In this document: in pieces, positions 1-12,399 of the stretch
Position numbering within the stretch: the stretch's first letter is position 1
How the letters are laid out: every line of letters begins with the position of its first letter
Origin: Octopus vulgaris
Taxonomy: Eukaryota
Length of the DNA: 64,000 nt
Assembly (NCBI GenBank): GCA_951406725.2
Contig: OX597843.1
Location: 7,378,001-7,442,000, forward strand
Reading direction: 5' to 3'
Made by a program: the position numbers and the translations under genes
The notes under the pieces: model-generated
Told to the model about the DNA's origin: nothing
Seen by the model: only the letters and a program-made list of their open reading frames with translations
The model's database searches: none

Positions 1-59
1 AGTGGAACTGAACCCATAACCATGTGGCTGGTAAGCAAGCTACTTACCACTTATATGTA

Positions 60-272
60 TGTGTTTGTGTGTCTGTGTTTGTCACCGCACCATCGCTTGA
101 TAACCGATGCTGGTGTGTTTACATCCCCGTAACTTCGAAGTTTGGCAAAAGAGACCGGTAAAGAAAAGTACCAAGCTTACAAAGAATAAGTCATGGGGTC
201 GATTTGTTCGACTAAAGGCAGTGCTCCATCGTGGCCGTAGTCAGATGACTGAAACATGTAAAGGAATAAAAG
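60..272 (+). mobile_element. 3' half of SINE family A; a minus-strand head fragment lies at 1-50
   Basis: Matches the tail of the full-length copy at 52291-52684 (aaccgatgctggtgtgttta...ggccgtagtcagatgactgaaaca). Confidence 0.75.
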
Positions 273-480
273 AATTAAGGAACGTATATACGTGTGACGT
301 CTCGGCATTCGGTGAAGTCTGCAAACAGTCGCAGAAAACAGAAACCATTAAAGGGCCAAACTACTATGAAAAAGAGAGAAAGACTGAAAGAGGAAAGAGG
401 GAGAGAGAGAGAGAGAGAGAGCGATGTGGGATGCTTTCTGGTGAGAAACGGCAGCTGATCTTCCCAGCCTTCGTATACAT

Positions 481-585
481 ACTACCACCACCACCACGAC
501 TACCGCCATAACCTACACTACTACTACTACCACCGCCATCATCACCACCACCACCACCACCACCACCACCACAACCACCACCACC

Positions 586-671
<86 letters not shown>

Positions 672-845
672 TACCGCCAGCACCACCACCAACACTACTA
701 CTATTAATACTACTACTACTCCTACTATACTACTACTGCCACCACCACCACTACTACTACTACTACCGCTATCACCACCACCACTACTACTACTACTAAT
801 ATTACTACTACTACTATACTACTACCGCCACCACCATCACCACCA
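481..845. repeat. (ACC)n/(ACT)n trinucleotide microsatellite
   Basis: Directly visible; source of the poly-Val ORF. Confidence 0.95.
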
Positions 846-1034
846 GAGATGACAAACAAGGACAGACAAACGGATTAAGTAGATTATATCGACCCCAGTG
901 CGTAACAGGTATTTATTTAATCGACCCCGAAAGGAGGAAAGTCAAAGTCGACCTCGGTGAAATTTGAACTCAGAACGCAACGGCAGACGAAATACCGCTA
1001 AGCGTTTTCTCCGGCGTGCTATCGATACTGCTGC
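846..1034 (-). mobile_element. tRNA-derived SINE family B with Nin/Deu-like central domain; degenerate plus-strand copies at 3285-3400 and 3440-3550
   Basis: Minus strand reads gagttcaaat (B box), then gaggtcgactttgactttcctcctttcggggtcgattaaataaatacc, resembling the conserved Nin/Deu SINE domain. Confidence 0.7.
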
Positions 1035-1071
1035 AATAATAATGATAATAATAATAATAATAATGATAATA

Positions 1072-1121
<50 letters not shown>

Positions 1122-1132
1122 GTTTTTTAAAA

Positions 1133-1365
1133 ATCTTTTACTTGTTTCAGTCATTTTGACTGAGGCCATGCTGGAGCACTGCCTTTAGTCGAACAAATCG
1201 ACCGCAGGACTTATACTTTGTAAGCCTAGTATTTATTCTATCGGTTTCTTTTGCCGAACCGCAAAATTACGGAGATGTAAACACACCAGCATCGGTTGAC
1301 AAGGGATGGTGGGGGGACAAACACACACATACACACACACGCACACACACACACACACACACACA

Positions 1366-1404
<39 letters not shown>

Positions 1405-1566
1405 GATGGGCTTCTTTCAGTTTCCGTCTACCAAACCCATTCACAAGGCTTTGGTCGGCCCGAGGCTATAGTAGAAGACACCTGCCCAAGGTGCCACGCA
1501 CTGGGAATGAATCCAGAACCATGTCGTTGGTAAGCAAGCTACTTACCACACAGCCACTCCTACGCC
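1133..1566 (-). mobile_element. Full-length SINE family A (tRNA head, CORE-like segment, internal microsatellite, LINE-like tail)
   Basis: Reverse complement of the 52291-52684 copy; A box tggctgtgtgg, degenerate B box, ccttgggcag motif. Confidence 0.85.
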
Positions 1567-1589
1567 TATTTCGATAAGACTGCTAGAAA

Positions 1590-2563
1590 GTAACACTTCG
1601 TTTTCCACCCTTATTTTTCTTTTCAAGTGAAATTTAAAGAAGTTGATCAGGGGTTGGTTGGTCAAAGGGAAAAGTGTTTGTCTTCAGCCCCTTCAATCTC
1701 GTCCACCACACAACCTCTTTCGCCATGGCTACCAGACATATAAAAACTGCTTGCGTTTCTTGGTTAAAAGAAGGCGGTGGGCTGATCTTCACCATGGATT
1801 CAGATGAAAGCCAGATCCGTTTCGAACGTAATGGCAGATGTTTGACATAAACCCACAGGTTAGCAATGATGGGGCACTGGACGAGTGCGTGAAAGACGGT
1901 TCCGTCGCTCTGCGTGGAGCTCGGACATGTTCAACTGTGCCTGTAGAATTTATCTCGGAACGACAATGCTCCCTGATTGCACTGCCAAGCCAGGGATTTC
2001 TAAATATTATCCATCGGCCCTGGGCCAGAATTTCTCCGGAAGAGAGCAGCTAGTTGAATGTCGTCGTACTCCCCCACCCTCCACTAACCATCTATAAACG
2101 CTAAAGTGGACTTTCCACCTTTCGTAGTGCCTGACTAGATAAGGGTTGTGATCACTTGAAGACATTCCACTTTCCAAACTCTTTCTTTCGGTCTCTGCTT
2201 GACCAATGACTGCAACCCCGTCAAAGAGACCAACTGGGTAAACACGTGTTTGGCCAAGAGTGACCACACTTGTTCACCATCAAAGTAGCAATAGAGATGA
2301 CAATCCATCAGCCATGAGAAACCCCAGTCCACCACAGAACGGGAGTTGACAGCAGATGGATCACCTGACCATGGGAACACGTCCTTCTACAAGAAGCAAA
2401 AGAGTATACGCTGCAGTGCAGCTGGACGGGTGTCCGAGAGAAGGCACGACGGTCAGGCGGTAGTAGATGACAAACGCGATTTACGTGTTCACCATCTCTG
2501 CCCGACATTTCAGGGATAGCTTCCTCTCGGCCCATTTCTGGACGAGAGTAACCACTCTGCTCG
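1590..2563 (-). mobile_element. Decayed Tx1/L1-clade LINE ORF2, C-terminal fragment
   Basis: Manual minus-strand translation gives VQKWAERKLSLKCRAEMVN..IYYRLTVVP, VPMVR*SICCQLPFCGGLG, a degenerate zinc finger CPSS..TVFHALVQCP..LW and AKEVVWWTR, with stops and frameshifts. Confidence 0.8.
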
Positions 2564-2679
2564 TTATTATCATTATCATTATAAATTTTATTATTATTAT
2601 CATCATCATCATCATCATCAGCATCATCATCATTGTAGTTATTATTGTTGTTGTTCTTGTTATTATTATTATTATTATT

Positions 2680-3234
2680 GTGTGAGAGAGCAGTGCATGC
2701 CATCAAAGTGACACTGGGGTAAAATATACGAAGCCCAATATACCCATCATGACTACCTGTCTGATAAGGGTACACCAGACACATGCATCACAACCATATG
2801 TGCGCGACATGGTGATCCCATATCAAGATAATCAACGCATGACCTTGTACATGGGGCCCAGTTAGAATTTTCTTCTGGTCGAGTAGCCCATCCCACTCAA
2901 AAAGTCCCAGGATAAGGGTTGTTTAAGGCTGTTGAACAAAACACCCATGTTTCCAGAGGTGAATTATCCAAACCCCAAAGAATTCCTCTCAACACATGGC
3001 TATGATGCTCCCTCACTACTTCTGCTCGTGGTCAGAGATGCACATATCGTCAGCCACTAAGGAACATGGTCAACTGGTTAAGGTCAAACAACTGACAAGC
3101 AAATCTGTGTTATTGAGCAGAATATTTGCTGTAAAACCCATCTTTTATACCAAGACAAAACACATACATGATAGCACTTCCAATCAGCTAAGATGAGAAG
3201 CCATGAGAGCCACTGCCTGGTACTGCATCAGGGC

Positions 3235-3238
<4 letters not shown>
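2680..3238. repeat. Unclassified interspersed repeat, probably a LINE 3' region, embedded in (TTA)n
   Basis: Complex 560-bp island flanked on both sides by (TTA)n; recognised as a common octopus-type repeat; no ORF. Confidence 0.45.
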
Positions 3239-3282
<44 letters not shown>

Positions 3283-3734
3283 GCTTTGAGTTCAAATGCT
3301 ACCGTGACAGACTTTGCCTTTCAAAAAGTGCGGTGTCGATGTGATCGACTTACCCTCTTCCGTCAAAATTGCTGGTCTTGTACCGAAATCTGAAATAAAT
3401 TCTGATTATTATTATCGTTATTCTTATTTTCTACCTCTTTACGTTCTGAGTTCAAATCCTGCCGAGCTCGACTTTACTTTACATCCTCTCTGGTGGTAGA
3501 GGAAAGGCTCGATGCAATAAAGTACCAGTGATATACTGAGGTCGGCGTAATATTATCACCTGCTTCCTCTGCATAAAAATAATACAACGAGGCAGCATGT
3601 GGTCTTAACCCCATGGAAATATAATGCTACATGTTTAATGGGGCTAATTAATTTCTGCATTTCTGATCCCTTACTTAAGTCTCGACATAGTTTCACATGG
3701 AGAAAGACCCACCGACCACATATATTCTTAACTG

Positions 3735-4264
3735 TCCTTAGGCAAGCAGGAATACCAAGCATGTTTGCACTCTTCACACAAAGACGTATGAGATGGCTTG
3801 GGCATGTTAGCCGTATGAAATATGGCAGAATCCCCAAGGACATACTCTACGGAGAGCTTGCTAGGGGTACTAGGTCTGTGGGTAGACCGTTCTTACGTTA
3901 CAAGGATGTTTGCAAAAGGGACATGAAGGCCTGCAACATCAATATTAGCAATTGGGAAGCAGTTGCCATCAACCGTGGAGATTGGCGACGTACCGTAAAA
4001 GAGGGAATACAAAGGAGTGACAGAGAGAGAGAGAGGAGAAATGGAAAGACAAGAAAAGACGTCAACAAGAAACTATGACATTACAACGAGCCAGGAACAA
4101 TCTTCGCTACATTTGCGGTACCTGCCAGAGGGAGTGTTTGTCCAGGATAGGACTACACAGCCACACCAGGAAATGTGTCAGGACATGAAATATAAAAGCC
4201 GGACTAGACTATTTCATGCGCAACTCCATTGTGTCCCGAGACAAAAAGGATGCCAATATATATA
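3735..4264 (+). mobile_element. 5'-truncated RTE-clade LINE (3' end) with a long target-site duplication
   Basis: RRMRWLGHVSRM..GRIPKDILYGEL..GRP.LRYKDVCKRDMK is an RTE C-terminus; 63-bp direct repeats at 3672-3734 and 4265-4327. Confidence 0.88.
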
Positions 4265-4440
4265 TACTTAAGCCTCGACATAGTTTCACAGGGAGACAGA
4301 CCCACCTACCTCATATATTCTTAACTGACAGGCTCGCACAAGATCTATTTTCTGGGTTTTGCCATGCAACAACGCGCGGTTCCGAGTTCAGTCCCGCTAC
4401 GAGGCACCTTGGGCAAGTGTCTTCTACTATAGCCTCCAAG

Positions 4441-4630
4441 CTGTTACTCAGAGTTTCACGTTCCCGTTCGTCGGACAGTTTTTTGTTAAAACTGTCCGAC
4501 GAACGGGAACGTGAAACTCTGAGTAACAGATTTTGTTATATTTCTGCTGCTTTTATATAAAGCATATTACTCTACCTCTGGTATTGAGTACTGTTTTTTC
4601 CACCTTGTTTCACATTTATGTGCTTACTCC

Positions 4631-4632
<2 letters not shown>
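4441..4632. mobile_element. Palindromic non-autonomous Penelope-like terminal repeat
   Basis: Perfect 42-bp inverted repeat (4441-4482 / 4488-4529); flank is homologous to the insertion at 63710-63780. Confidence 0.6.
4488..4534 (+). ncRNA. Candidate minimal type I hammerhead ribozyme (U4C core variant); mirror copy on the minus strand at 4441-4490
   Basis: Stem I ctgt/acag, core CCGACGA, stem II acg-ggaa-cgt, GAA, palindromic stem III actc-t-gagt, cleavage triplet GUA. Confidence 0.6.
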
Positions 4633-4692
<60 letters not shown>

Positions 4693-4919
4693 TATGTATA
4701 TATACATATATGTATATATATACACACACACATATATACATATATACACATATATATATATATAAATACATATATGCATATATATATCTATATACATACA
4801 CATGAACATATATACATCCATATATACATATATACAAACATATGATATATATATATACATATATACATACATACATACATACATACATAAAACCCACACA
4901 CACACACACATATAGATAC

Positions 4920-5492
4920 ATAAACTTAGATAAACTTAGATATATTTCGACCAAAGATTGGTCAAGGCCATGTCTAACCACATGATAAGATTATCTAAAT
5001 CCTATTTAAGTCAAGTTTTGTGGTATCATGCTCCATTCGAGTAGGGAGCTCTTGTTGAGCGAGTTATATCCAGGTATGGGTGGCTTATCCGGTATTCCTT
5101 GAAGAAACTTGTCTAGATTCCACTTAAAGGTCATGGGATCCTTTTCCTCTTTGATCGGTTTCGGGACAATGTTAAACAGGGCCGGGCCTTTTGAGGAAAA
5201 GAAATTGTGTTGCAGTATATTTATGTGTTGTGATCCCAAATTGGATAGGGGACGTATGGCCCGTGGTCCTAGCCTTGGAATAATTTTGATGTTAATATTG
5301 AGGTCGTTTGGGCCATGTTGCCGGTATATTCTCCACATCGTGCAATTGATGTATCACTCACGGTGGCACCGGAGAGATTAGAGTCTCAATGCTTTAAGGT
5401 GGTCCCAATAATCGAGATCATCCATACTCTTAATTCTTTTATTGAATGACCTCTGGGGTGATTCAATTTTCGAGATGTTTTATTTTGTATGG
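4920..5492 (-). mobile_element. CR1-clade LINE 3' fragment, same family as 38250-41520
   Basis: MWRIYRQ..RLGPRAIRPL..GPALFNIVPK..LDKFLQGIPDKP matches ORF 38351-38941; same 3' UTR and taaacttaga tail. Confidence 0.88.
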
Positions 5493-5512
5493 GGAGATCA
5501 CAGCGGGTAGCA

Positions 5513-5558
<46 letters not shown>

Positions 5559-5603
5559 ACGCGCGCATATATATATATGTATATGTGTATATATATATAT
5601 ATA

Positions 5604-5660
<57 letters not shown>

Positions 5661-5679
5661 GTGTATATATATAAATATA

Positions 5680-5818
<139 letters not shown>

Positions 5819-5834
5819 GTATAAAAATTATATA

Positions 5835-5955
5835 TAAAAAATACAAAATGGGACAAGAACGCAAAATACACAAAGAGACGACACAAAAAACGGACGGGTC
5901 ATTCGAAGCCTCTATTCTTCAGTCAGGAACCGGATCATCCTAGCAAATTTCGGCT

Positions 5956-5958
<3 letters not shown>
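5835..5958 (-). repeat. Interspersed repeat fragment, inverted homologue of 44670-44760
   Basis: Shared atcagccgaaatt..ggatgatccggttc..ctgaaga..ggcttcgaatgacccgtccg. Confidence 0.7.
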
Positions 5959-5990
<32 letters not shown>

Positions 5991-6529
5991 GACGGGCCCT
6001 TTTCTACCAAATCCACTGACAAGGTTTTGGTCGGCCCGAGGCTATGGTAGAAAGCACTTGTCCAAAGTTCCACGCAGTGGGACTGAACCCGGAGTGTATT
6101 TGTTCGTATGTATATAAATATGCATTCGTGATGTATTTTGCTGAAGGTGTGCGAGTGTTTGTTTGTTGGTCTTTTTGTTATTTTTGTCTTTGTCAAAAGC
6201 AGGGAGCGAAACCGCGCCCACCTCCGTCAAATCTACACTAGCAAAAACCACTACCACCACTGCCAGCATCGTCCATCGAATCTACAAAGATCATCTCCTC
6301 CTCTCTTTCCTCGTCGTCGTCACTTCTTAAATATCATGAATCGGAGTGTGTGTGTGTGTGAGTGTGTTGATGGGACGAACGGAATGGGGAGGGGTGAAGG
6401 TGGAGGCACATGGCAGGTGGACGTCGGGGGTGGATGTTGTTTCATTACCGTTCAACAGATGCGCCTCGTTCACCCACCCACCCACCTCTCCACCTCCTCC
6501 TTTTATTTTCCTCCTCGTCTTTTTCTACT

Positions 6530-7230
6530 CACTTCTTCATACTTCTTTCTTTTACTTCACCGTCCTCTTCTTCTCCTCCTCCTTCTATTTCTACTTCTTC
6601 GCTTTTATCTTCTTCTTCTCTTTCTTCTTTTTCTTCTCTTTCTTCTTCTTCTTCTTCTTCTTCTTCTTCTCTTTCTTCTTTTTCTTCTCCTTCTTCTTTT
6701 TCTTCTTCTTCTTCTTCTTCTTCTTCTTCTTCTTCTTCATCTGCATCTTCGTCTTCTTCTATTCGCATCATCATCATCATCATAAGATGCAATCAAGGAA
6801 GAGAGATGGAGGAAGACCAACCGAAGATGGAGAATGAAACGAATGCAACAAAGAAACGAAAGAGAAATGAAGATGAAAGAGTTTGAGAAGAAGAAGTAGA
6901 AGAAGAAAGGAAAAAGAAGAAGAGGAAGAAAATAAAGGAGAAGAAGAAAATGAAAAAGAAGAAGAAAAAGGAAGAAGAAGAAGAAGAAGAAGGAAGAGAA
7001 GAAAAAAGAATTGAAGAAGAAGAAGAAGAAATAGGAAGAGAAGAAGAAGAAAGAGAAGAAGAAGAAAATGAAGAAGAAGAAAAAGGAAGAGAATAAGAAG
7101 AAGGAAGAGAAGAAAAAAGAATTGAAGAAGAAGAAGAAGACAGAGAAGAAGAAGAAGAAGAAAGAGAAGAAGAAGAAAGAGAAGAAGAAGAAAGTAAAGT
7201 AGTAAAATTGAGACGACGACGAAGAAGAGC
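6530..7230. repeat. (TTC)n tract followed by (GAA)n tract
   Basis: Directly visible at about 6540-6760 and 6885-7200; source of the poly-F/L/S/E ORFs. Confidence 0.95.
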
Positions 7231-7456
7231 AATAAGATAGGCAACATCATCATCACTATGAACGTGATCGGAATGATGATCAACAACAACAACAACAACA
7301 ATAGCTGTAGCATCACCAACACCAACAGTAGTGACGGCGACAACAACAACAACAAGTGCAAGAGCAAGAAGAAGAACAACGAGGAGAATAAGCGGCAGAA
7401 GTTTTGTAGCCGTGTAAAAACGCCATGGAAATAGAATCAACAGAAGAGAAGAAGGA

Positions 7457-7493
<37 letters not shown>

Positions 7494-7542
7494 AGCGAGT
7501 AATGAGAAGAACAGAAGTCTGCAGTAACGTTTGCTAATTGCT

Positions 7543-7583
7543 CCGCCAGATGGCGCAAGCAGTTTACTGGCGCCATCGATGTT
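7543..7583. promoter_or_regulatory. Candidate CTCF-binding site pair
   Basis: CCGCCAGATGGCGC at 7543-7556 fits the CTCF core; weaker opposite-strand AACATCGATGGCGCC at 7569-7583. Confidence 0.45.
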
Positions 7584-8006
7584 GGCAGACACGTCTGGTC
7601 TGTCTGGAAGTGGCGAGGAACAAGTGGTATAACAGTTTCGCCAATGAGTACATCGTTTATTTCCAGTTACTCAACACACACACACACACACCCGCATTTG
7701 TGTATAGTTATCTCCATATGTGCGTTGAGTGTGTGTGTGTGTGTGTATATACATGCATGCATACGTACATATATGCATATACGTGTGTGTGTGTGTGTAT
7801 GTCTGTTTGTAACTGTGAAAAGTTTCCCCGTAGCAAAAAACATCTGTGAATGCGCTTTGTCACACATATGGTGCATACACATATATATATATGTGTGTGT
7901 GTGTGTGTGTATACATACACACACTTATATATGTATGTAGCGGTGTATGAATGTAAATATATACATATGTTTATGTTTGCATATAGTCTTCGTCATATAT
8001 ATATAA

Positions 8007-8285
<279 letters not shown>

Positions 8286-8555
8286 TGTATTTATACGTAT
8301 AACACAAACACACAAACACACGCACACACACACCCATATGAATGTGTATAAGTGGTAAGTGTGTGTGTATGTGCACGAAATTGTGTGCGCGTGTGTGTGA
8401 AGGCGCGTGGCCTAGCGACAAAGCGTGTTGCATTCACAGTCGTAAAATTGTGATTTCGAATCCCGGAACAGGCAGTGAATCACGTTCTTCAACAGTATGC
8501 CGTAAGCGAATAAACACAGTCTTCGCTTCATACATACAGATATACACATACATAT

Positions 8556-8649
<94 letters not shown>

Positions 8650-8660
8650 TATATATATAT

Positions 8661-8987
8661 AGCTGTGTGGTAAGTAGCTTGCTTACCAACCACATGGTTC
8701 CGGGTTCAGTCCCACTGCGTGGCACCATGGGCAAGTGTCTTCTACTATAGCCTCGGGCCGACCAATGCCTTGTGAGTGGATTTGGTAGACGGAAACTGAA
8801 AGAAGCCTGTCGTATATATGTATATATATATATGTATTTGTGTGTCTGTGTTTGTCTCCCTAGCATTGCTGGTGTGTTTACGTCCCCGTCACTTAGCGGT
8901 TCGGCAAAAGAGACCGATAGAATAAGTACTGGGCTTACAAAGAATAAGTCCCGGGGTCGATTTGCTCGACTAAAGGCGGTGCTCCAG
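8661..8987 (+). mobile_element. SINE family A, near full length
   Basis: Close match to 52291-52640; B box ggttcagtccc. Confidence 0.85.
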
Positions 8988-9039
8988 AATATATGTATAT
9001 ATATATATATATATAGGTTAAACTAAAGCGTTAAACCCG

Positions 9040-9630
9040 GTCAAAAAAAACAAAAAAAATTTGTGTAATAGGTGTAAAACAACTTCCTATAAACGAATAT
9101 GAAAAAATTGCGCGCACGCGAAAGGGGAGTGGGGGTGATGCCTCGGAAAATTCACATCGGGAATTTCCGAAAGCGTCTGACCTGGGCACCAAAACAAAAA
9201 CAAAAATAGTGTAAAACAATTTGTTCTAAACGAATATGATGAAAAAAGAATGCGCGCTCGCGAAAGGGGAGTGGGGTGGGGGAGAGGCCTCGGACATCTT
9301 CAGTCCACGGCCTTTAAAAAAATAGTGTAATTACTACTTGTTCTAAACGATTATCAAGAACACACACTCACACATGAATCATAAACTCCGTATTTTTGTA
9401 CGTGTTCCGCAAAAAAAAAAACAGAAGAAAATAAGCTGTAAATGTATCTATTTTACAATTTATGAACCAAGCAAATACGAAACTATGGCGGCTAAAAACT
9501 GGTGTCTGACTTTTCGCAAAGCATTGTGGGATTGTTGTCGTATGCTTTTCAATGGCGACGGTCTCTGTTTTTTTATTGAATTTTCGTCTTTGAATGTTTT
9601 TCCTGCAGCTAACAATTATGAAAGAAGTAG
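9040..9630 (+). promoter_or_regulatory. Candidate Pol II promoter and first exon (copy 1)
   Basis: CpG-enriched; two GC-box units (tgcgcgc..gcg..ggggagtgggg), YY1-like ATGGCG at 9485 and 9552, ZNF143-like gcattgtgggattgttgt at 9521-9538, splice donor AG|GTAAGA after 9630. Confidence 0.5.
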
Positions 9631-11479
9631 GTAAGAAATTATTATTATTGTTATTGTTAATATCTAGAAAAAATAAGTGAGAGTAGTTGGTGACGATGTA
9701 AAGAGAAAAGCTGAAGGAAGTCTGTTGTGACGGAAGGCCGCTCGGTTTTCATTTTATTTAGTGGCAAAATGTATAAAAAGTTTGGAGTTGAGGTTCATAA
9801 TTAAGATGTTGGTTAAAACGAAAGATTATCTTTCGTTTCTAGTAGACCTTTCCGTCGATTTCCGTAAAAAACTTTTATTTTTTTTTACATATGGGTTTGC
9901 GGGAACTTTTGAAGTAATGAGAGCGAAAGAGACTAAGAGGAAGCGATTGTATGAGGAGGGAATTTCTTTTTGAAGTTACCGCGAATGGGAAGCTTTGATG
10001 TACATGTGTGTGTGTGTGTTTGATGGGGTGTGCGAGACAGAAAGTATGTTGTGTAAGTGAAGTGCTTCTGTTAGTGTGTGTGAAGAGACAGAGAGAGATA
10101 ACTGAAATTTTTTACTCGGTGTATGTGTATATGTATGTATGCATGTATGTGTGTGTGTGTGTGTGTATGTATCTATCTATCTATGTATGTGTGTGTGTGT
10201 GTATGTATGTATGGCCGATTCAGTGTTTACATTATTTCGAGTTAAAACGAGAGATTACCTTTGCCTGTTTATGTAACGGTCTGCTATGTAGAAAACAATG
10301 AGGTTGACTCAATGGAATAATGACAGTGATCGAAGATATAGACACTTTTTTTTTTATTTAATCGTTATACATGCCTTGTCGACTGCTATTGTGCAGCCTT
10401 AATGTCTCTGTTGATGTGACGATGGTGATATGGTAAGAAAAAGACGGGAGAGTTATAAAATGAGGAGGAGATATTCTTCTCATGAGAAAAGAGTTGCATG
10501 CAAAGGAAAAAAAAAGTTAAGTCTATAGATGTGCACAGAAACTGGGTGCAAGCATGCATATATATGCATGTAACATGAGACATGTAAAAGTTTCCATTTG
10601 CATAATACTTGGCTGCTTGTCACTTCAAATAAAGAGTATTGAACTGATATTAAAGCCAAAATTTTCCTTTCGCTACTATTAGGAAGTTTTTCATTTTTAC
10701 TTTCAGTGTTAAAAAATGAATGATTACACTTATTTGTTTACATGCGAACTTTTGTTTATTTTATATCCTTCTATATGTTGGATATGCAAATTTCACGAAG
10801 CGGGCATAGACACAACTGTCTTCACACAACCCACTTCAGATTACTCTACTAAACACAATACTTCTAATAAATATAAACTCTGAACAATGTCAACAACTTC
10901 CATGAACTCCCAATGACTCTCTTTGTCTCAACCAATATGCTAATTTTTTTATAAGAGTTTTGCTAGTCCATTCTTCCAATCCCATAGGGGTGCCAATGAC
11001 TCTCACCACAACAGTTTATACATGTAGACTTTTCTTTATACATGTAGATTTTACCAAGCAAGTAGCCCATGCGAAGCTTCACCTATATGTAAGTACATAA
11101 TTTTTTTGTTAAATTAAGTTTTCTGTTAGTTAACCATAGCTGTTTGTAAATTGAACAACTGTTTCTCTGTGTATATTGAACAATTTCCATAAGACATATA
11201 TGTTTGCAAATGTAAAATATGTTTGTTTCCCAATACCATGGTTTAGGGTCTAGTTCTACTGTGTGGCATTTTGGGCAAGAGTCTTCGACTAAAGGTAGGG
11301 ACCAACAAATGCATTTTTAGTGAAAGTGGTTGATGGGAACTATATGAAGCTTATTGCATGTGTGTGTATACACCATATCAATTATGTGATGCATGTTATA
11401 GGTAACTGTTGACAAAAAGTGCAAAATACTCATTGAAAAATCAAAATAATTTAGAGTAATGTCAAGAAGGGATGTGGAA

Positions 11480-11900
11480 TGGATAGTGAAAGGTCTGGCT
11501 TGGAAGGTGTCCCACAGTATTGCTGCCTGGGCCTATGTGTCATCTTGCTACTGCAAGAGAGTACAGACCATTGAATGTTTGTGAAATATTGGCATCTAAG
11601 ATTATGAACTCTTTGGATTTACTGATTACCTTGATGTCAGTGAGATTGCCATTGTCAAACAAGAGATTTGTTACCTTAGTAAGTGTCTACCATCCAACCA
11701 TGTGTTCCTCTGAAGAGAAAAAAAGACTAATATTTTATCTTTCATGAAAAAAGCTTCTGTGCAGTGTTCTTTCTGCTTATAAAATCTTCATACTTGGTGA
11801 TTTGAATGAAAGCTCAGAGATAAAAAAATTGGGATATAATTGGGAAACATGAAGCCAGAAAATGCAATAGTAATGGCTTGTTTAGTACTGCAAATGTTTT
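11480..11900 (+). mobile_element. Highly decayed RTE-type AP-endonuclease fragment (copy at about 55100-55500)
   Basis: LMSVRLPLSNKRFVTLVSVY.PT followed by ILGDLN and IGKH..CNSNG motifs. Confidence 0.6.
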
Positions 11901-12399
11901 CGATTTTTGCATATACTGGGTAACTGTCAATCTCCTAGTGTGGAGCATGCTGTATTTGAGCACCAAATATGTGGGAGTATTTATGTGATCAAGATGAAAG
12001 GCAATTAGGTCTCATTAATTTCTGTTTGGTGAGTTGGCCCTGAGGAAAAATCTAGGGAACAAATTGAAATTAAGGCATGAATGCATTAGAGACACTTAGA
12101 GGATCTAGATCAAATTAGAGACAGTGAAAACATCACTAAGTTTTTGATGGAAAAAATTGTTTCATGTTGGAATGAGTGAATTTGAATGAATGTCAATAAA
12201 ATCTTAGTGTGCATGAAAAGCTTGAGAGAGATTTTTGAAAAGGTCTTAATATTAATGTTTCCATTGTGTTTTGCTTCAAAAACTACATAGACATGACAGA
12301 ATTAAATAGACATCCTTATAATTGTTAAAATTTATTTAAATTATTTATTAATTATTATAATGTGAATATCTAATATTTAGTAGACAGGCTCCTTGCATT

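Noticed and set aside
6138-7440. Long poly-L/F/S/E ORFs
   Set aside because: Translations of TTC/GAA microsatellites.
9374-9973. ORFs identical in both duplicate copies as evidence of coding
   Set aside because: Flanking non-coding DNA is equally identical, so the conservation reflects recency; no recognisable domain.
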